From Achromobacter sp. (GTDB lineage Bacteria; Pseudomonadota; Gammaproteobacteria; Burkholderiales; Burkholderiaceae_B), in the NCBI RefSeq assembly GCF_036567245.1, contig NZ_DATCUY010000062.1, positions 1 to 54,155 on the forward strand: DNA of 54,155 nucleotides. Direction: 5' to 3'. This document shows, piece after piece, positions 50,410 through 54,155 of the stretch. Under the pieces are notes generated by a model that saw nothing but the letters and a program-made list of their open reading frames with translations, searched no databases and had not been told where the DNA came from. The first letter of the stretch is position 1. The number at the start of each line of letters is the position of its first letter. The position numbers and the translations under genes are program-made.

Positions 50410-51243
50410 ATGGGACTGAGCGCCGCAGCCCCTGTGGATAACACCGAAAAGGCCGCGCCTTTGCTGGCTGTGGATAAGGTGTCGATCGAATACAAGACAC
50501 GTGAACGGCGCGTGCGCGCCACGCATCAGGTCAGTTTCGACGTGCATGATGCCGAGCGCTTCATCCTGCTGGGCGCATCCGGTTGCGGCAAGTCCACGCT
50601 GCTCAAGGCGATTGCGGGCTTCATCGAGCCGACCGAAGGCCGCATCGCTGTCGATGGCAAGACCGTGCGTGGCCCCGGGCCCGATCGCATCGTGGTGTTC
50701 CAGGAATTCGACCAATTGCCGCCGTGGAAGACGCTGCGCCAGAACGTGGCGTTTCCGCTGGTGGCCTCGCGCAAGCTCGGCAGGCGCGAGGCCGACGAGC
50801 GCGCCATGCACTACCTGGACAAGGTCGGGCTGTCCGCGTTCGCCGACGCCTATCCGCACACCCTCTCTGGCGGCATGAAGCAGCGCGTGGCCATTGCCCG
50901 CGCCCTGGCCATGCAGCCGCGCGTACTGCTGATGGACGAGCCCTTCGCGGCGTTGGACGCCTTGACGCGGCGGCGCATGCAGGAAGAACTGTTGGCATTG
51001 TGGGAAGACGTGCGCTTCACGCTGCTGTTCGTCACGCATTCGATCGAAGAGGCATTGGTGCTGGGCAGCCGCGTGCTGCTGCTGTCGCCGCATCCGGGAC
51101 GCGTGCGCGCGGAACTGAACGCCCATGCTTTCGGGCTGCACAGCCAGGGCTCCGTCGCCTTCCAGTCGGCCTCCAGGCGCATCCACGACCTGCTGTTCGA
51201 CGTGGCGCCGGCTGAACAGCCCGCCGAACGGGCTGCGGCCTGA
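50410..51243 (+). CDS. ABC transporter ATP-binding protein (TauB/SsuB-like)
   Basis: GASGCGKS, LSGGMKQR, MDEPF and VTHSIEEA. Confidence 0.92.
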   Translation: MGLSAAAPVDNTEKAAPLLAVDKVSIEYKTRERRVRATHQVSFDVHDAERFILLGASGCGKSTLLKAIAGFIEPTEGRIAVDGKTVRGPGPDRIVVFQEFDQLPPWKTLRQNVAFPLVASRKLGRREADERAMHYLDKVGLSAFADAYPHTLSGGMKQRVAIARALAMQPRVLLMDEPFAALDALTRRRMQEELLALWEDVRFTLLFVTHSIEEALVLGSRVLLLSPHPGRVRAELNAHAFGLHSQGSVAFQSASRRIHDLLFDVAPAEQPAERAAA

Positions 51244-51254
51244 AGGAAACACGC

Positions 51255-52133
51255 ATGAGCACTGCCTACGCGGGCGCCGTCCCCGTCCGCCCCGAAGTGG
51301 AGTACCAACTGCCGCCCCTGCCGCCGCAAGCGGCCGAAACGCCCCTGCCCTGGCATGAACGCCTGTGGCAGCACGCCAGCCTGCGCAAGCTGGCGATCCT
51401 GGCGCTGCTGGCGGGCATCTGGGAGCTGGCGGCGCGCTATACCGATAACGATCTGCTGCTGCCCAGCGCTACGCAGACGGCGGTGGCCTTCGTGCAAGGT
51501 ATCGCCGGCGGCGAGTTGCTGGCGCGCGCGGGACAATCATTGCGGGTGCTGGCGCAGGGCTATGCAGCCGGCGTGGCGCTGGCATTTGTCCTGACCACGC
51601 TGGCGGTGTCGACGCGCTTCGGGCGCGATTTGCTGTCCACCCTGACCGCCATGTTCAACCCCCTGCCCGCCATCGCGCTATTGCCGCTGGCGCTGCTGTG
51701 GTTCGGCCTGGGCGAAGGCAGCCTGGTGTTCGTGCTGATCCATTCGGTGCTGTGGGCGCTGGCGCTGAATACCTATGCGGGCTTTCTGGGGGTGTCGGAG
51801 ACCCTGCGCATGGCGGGCCGCAATTACGGCCTGAGCGGCCTGCGCTATGTGTTGCAGATCCTGGTGCCCGCCGCCTTGCCGGCCATCCTGGCGGGACTGA
51901 GGATAGGCTGGGCGTTTGCGTGGCGCACGCTGATCGCGGCGGAACTGGTGTTCGGCGCTTCCAGCGGCAAGGGCGGTCTGGGCTGGTACATCTTCCAGAA
52001 CCGCAACGAGTTATACACAGATCGCGTGTTCGCGGGGCTGGCGGCGGTGGTGATCATCGGCCTGCTTGTGGAAAACCTGGTGTTCGATATCGTGGAGCGT
52101 TTGACTGTCCGGCGTTGGGGCATGCAGCGCTGA
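51255..52133 (+). CDS. ABC transporter permease (TauC/SsuC-like)
   Basis: PLPAIALLPL..LWFG, PAALP.IL.GLR and WRTLIAAEL. Confidence 0.92.
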   Translation: MSTAYAGAVPVRPEVEYQLPPLPPQAAETPLPWHERLWQHASLRKLAILALLAGIWELAARYTDNDLLLPSATQTAVAFVQGIAGGELLARAGQSLRVLAQGYAAGVALAFVLTTLAVSTRFGRDLLSTLTAMFNPLPAIALLPLALLWFGLGEGSLVFVLIHSVLWALALNTYAGFLGVSETLRMAGRNYGLSGLRYVLQILVPAALPAILAGLRIGWAFAWRTLIAAELVFGASSGKGGLGWYIFQNRNELYTDRVFAGLAAVVIIGLLVENLVFDIVERLTVRRWGMQR

Positions 52134-52165
52134 TTGCCCGACGCGCAGAGCGAGATTGCGAGCAC

Positions 52166-52194
52166 AAAAAAAGGCGGCCCGGATGGGCCGCCTT
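52166..52194 (-). terminator. Rho-independent terminator of katA
   Basis: AAGGCGGCCC-ggat-GGGCCGCCTT with a T-tract on the minus strand. Confidence 0.8.
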
Positions 52195-52214
52195 ATGCAT
52201 GGGCGCGTCGCGGA

Positions 52215-53663
52215 TTACAGCTTCAGTCCCAGCGCCTTGGCCACGCCGGCGGCGTACGCCGGATCGGCTTTGCGGAAGTGTTCCAGCTGGCGGCGCTGGA
52301 TTTCTTCCGGCACGCCGGCCATGTGGCGGCCGATGTTGCCGAACAGCAGCTCTTGCTGCGCAGGCGTCATCAGGCGGAACAAGGCGCCCGGCTGCGAGTA
52401 ATAGTCATCGTCCACGCGATGGTTCCAGCGCGCCGCGGCCTGGCCGTCCAGCGCCAGGGGCGGCTCGCCCGCCGACGGGGTTTCCTTCCACTCGCCCGCG
52501 CTGTTGGGCTCGTAGTTCAGCGTCGCCCCGGCGTTGCCGTCGACGCGGCCCGCGCCGTCGCGGTGAAAGCTATGGAACGGGCAGCGCGGCGCGTTCACCG
52601 GGATCTGGTGGTGGTTGATGCCCAGACGGTAGCGGTGCGTGTCGCCATACGAGAACAGGCGGCCCTGCAGCATCTTGTCCGCCGAAAAACCGATGCCCGG
52701 GACCACGTTGGCCGGCGTAAAGGCGGCTTGTTCCACTTCGGCGAAGTAGTTCTCGGGGTTCTTGTTCAGTTCCAGCACGCCGACTTCGATCAGCGGATAG
52801 TCGCCGTGCGGCCAGACCTTGGTGAGATCGAAGGGATTGATGTGGTAAGTCGCCGCTTCGGCCTCGGGCATGATCTGCACCTTCAGCGTCCACTTCGGGA
52901 AATTGCCCTGCTCGATGTTCTGGAACAGGTCGCGCTGCGAGCTTTCGCGGTCATGGGCGACCACTTGCGCAGCTTCCTCGTCGCTCAGACAGGCGATGCC
53001 CTGCTGCGACTTGAAGTGGAACTTCACGTAGAAGCGCTCGCCGTTCTTGTTGATGAAGCTGAACGTATGCGAACCAAAACCGTGCTGCTGGCGCAGGTTG
53101 GCGGGAATGCCGCGGTCGCTCATCAGGGTCGTGACCTGGTGCAGCGATTCGGGATTGAGCGACCAGAAGTCCCAGGCGGCGGTGGCGTTGCGCAGGTTGG
53201 TCTTGGGGTCGCGCTTCTGGGTGTGGATGAAGTCGGGGAATTTCAGCGGGTCGCGGATGAAGAAGACCGGCGTGTTGTTGCCCACCAGATCCCAGTTGCC
53301 TTCCTCGGTGTAGAACTTGATGGCGAAGCCGCGCACATCGCGCTCCGCGTCCGCCGCGCCGCGTTCGCCGGCCACGGTAGAGAAGCGCAGGAACAGCGGA
53401 GTCTGCTTGCCGACCTGGGAAAAAATGTTGGCGCGGGTATAGCGCGAAATGTCGTGGGTGACGGTGAAAGTGCCGTAGGCGCCCGAGCCCTTGGCGTGCA
53501 CCACGCGTTCGGGGATGCGCTCGCGGTCGAAATGAGCGAGCTTTTCAATCAGCCAGAAGTCCTCCAACAGCGCTGGCCCGCGCGGGCCGGCGGTCAGCGT
53601 GTTGTTGTTGTCGGCCACCGGCGCGCCTGCGGCGGTGGTCAGATGCGTCTTCTTGTCGGTCAT
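52215..53663 (-). CDS. katA: Monofunctional heme catalase (small subunit), 482 aa
   Basis: [29 protein letters not shown] and RLFSYGDTH. Confidence 0.95.
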   Translation of the reverse strand: MTDKKTHLTTAAGAPVADNNNTLTAGPRGPALLEDFWLIEKLAHFDRERIPERVVHAKGSGAYGTFTVTHDISRYTRANIFSQVGKQTPLFLRFSTVAGERGAADAERDVRGFAIKFYTEEGNWDLVGNNTPVFFIRDPLKFPDFIHTQKRDPKTNLRNATAAWDFWSLNPESLHQVTTLMSDRGIPANLRQQHGFGSHTFSFINKNGERFYVKFHFKSQQGIACLSDEEAAQVVAHDRESSQRDLFQNIEQGNFPKWTLKVQIMPEAEAATYHINPFDLTKVWPHGDYPLIEVGVLELNKNPENYFAEVEQAAFTPANVVPGIGFSADKMLQGRLFSYGDTHRYRLGINHHQIPVNAPRCPFHSFHRDGAGRVDGNAGATLNYEPNSAGEWKETPSAGEPPLALDGQAAARWNHRVDDDYYSQPGALFRLMTPAQQELLFGNIGRHMAGVPEEIQRRQLEHFRKADPAYAAGVAKALGLKL

Positions 53664-53793
53664 AGCACACTCCCTATGAAATGCTGGAATGCGGGGGGCC
53701 GCTGTGGGCCCCGCGCCGTGTCTGGGATAACCCCGGCATTGCCGGCCTGGGGCTATCTCCGACACATCATAGGGGTCTTGCCTTACAGTGTGA

Positions 53794-53834
53794 AGTTGAT
53801 TGATCTATAAGACTTGATAAAGAATAACTATCAA
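53794..53834. promoter_or_regulatory. Putative OxyR site upstream of katA
   Basis: CTAT-N8-ATAA-N7-CTAT and TTGATA-N9-TATCAA resemble the OxyR ATAG-N7-CTAT repeats. Confidence 0.5.
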
Positions 53835-53872
53835 GAAAATCGCGAATCGGCATGGCGCATGCCGCGAAGACG

Positions 53873-53902
53873 AAAAAAAACCGGTCCGCATGGGACCGGT
53901 TT
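53873..53902 (-). terminator. Rho-independent terminator of yidC
   Basis: AAACCGGTCC-gcatg-GGACCGGTTT with a long T-tract on the minus strand. Confidence 0.8.
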
Positions 53903-53920
53903 CCTGTGCAAGTGCGGATA

Positions 53921-54155
53921 TCAGCGGTTGGCTGCGGCTTCCGTCTTGCGCTGCATGGCGCGGGTGATGGACCACTGTTGTGCGATCGACAAGGTGTTGT
54001 TGACGCACCAGTAGAGCACCAGGCCGGCCGGGAAGAAGAACATCATCCCGCCGAACACCAGCGGCATGATCATCATGACCTTGGCCTGGATGGGGTCCGG
54101 AGGCGTCGGGTTCAGTTTGATCTGCAGGAACATGGTGGCCATCATGATGGCGGGC
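53921..54155 (-). CDS. yidC: Membrane protein insertase YidC, C-terminal fragment (runs off the window)
   Basis: [33 protein letters not shown]. Confidence 0.93.
   Translation of the reverse strand, partial: PAIMMATMFLQIKLNPTPPDPIQAKVMMIMPLVFGGMMFFFPAGLVLYWCVNNTLSIAQQWSITRAMQRKTEAAANR

Noticed and set aside
53691-53760. GC-rich hairpins in the katA leader as a possible riboregulator
   Set aside because: The stems are imperfect, unremarkable at this GC content, and match no RNA family I recognise.

Overview
This is a high-GC chromosomal origin region of a betaproteobacterium, most likely Achromobacter/Bordetella (Alcaligenaceae), judged from the gene order mnmG-rsmG-parA-GNAT-parB-asparaginase and several Bug/TctC proteins. 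From left to right it contains: (1) a tRNA-Thr/Gly/Tyr operon; (2) a gamma-glutamylation catabolic operon (IMPase-family phosphatase, GS-like ligase, ALDH, Fe-ADH) divergent from a PhnSTV-like ABC transporter and DeoR, which is a candidate phosphoethanolamine pathway; (3) a LysR-linked sulfur module (thiol dioxygenase, an in-frame cystathionine beta-lyase/4x-rhodanese fusion, Bug); (4) the gid/par operon; (5) a ~2.6 kb non-coding stretch with 9 parS palindromes and paired DnaA boxes; (6) csp, abrB, an aminotransferase and tctABCDE; (7) an E. coli-like oriC at ~32.8-33.06 kb; (8) clcB, small regulatory genes and mnmE; (9) a dpp-type ABC transporter with an M20 hydrolase; (10) an IHF site plus a phased array of ~10 DnaA-box-like 9-mers (datA/DARS-like); (11) Rid/FAH/Bug/GntR, TauD with an ABC transporter, katA and the 3' end of yidC. 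I found no mobile elements or CRISPR arrays. All functional calls come from motif recognition by eye; no database search was run.
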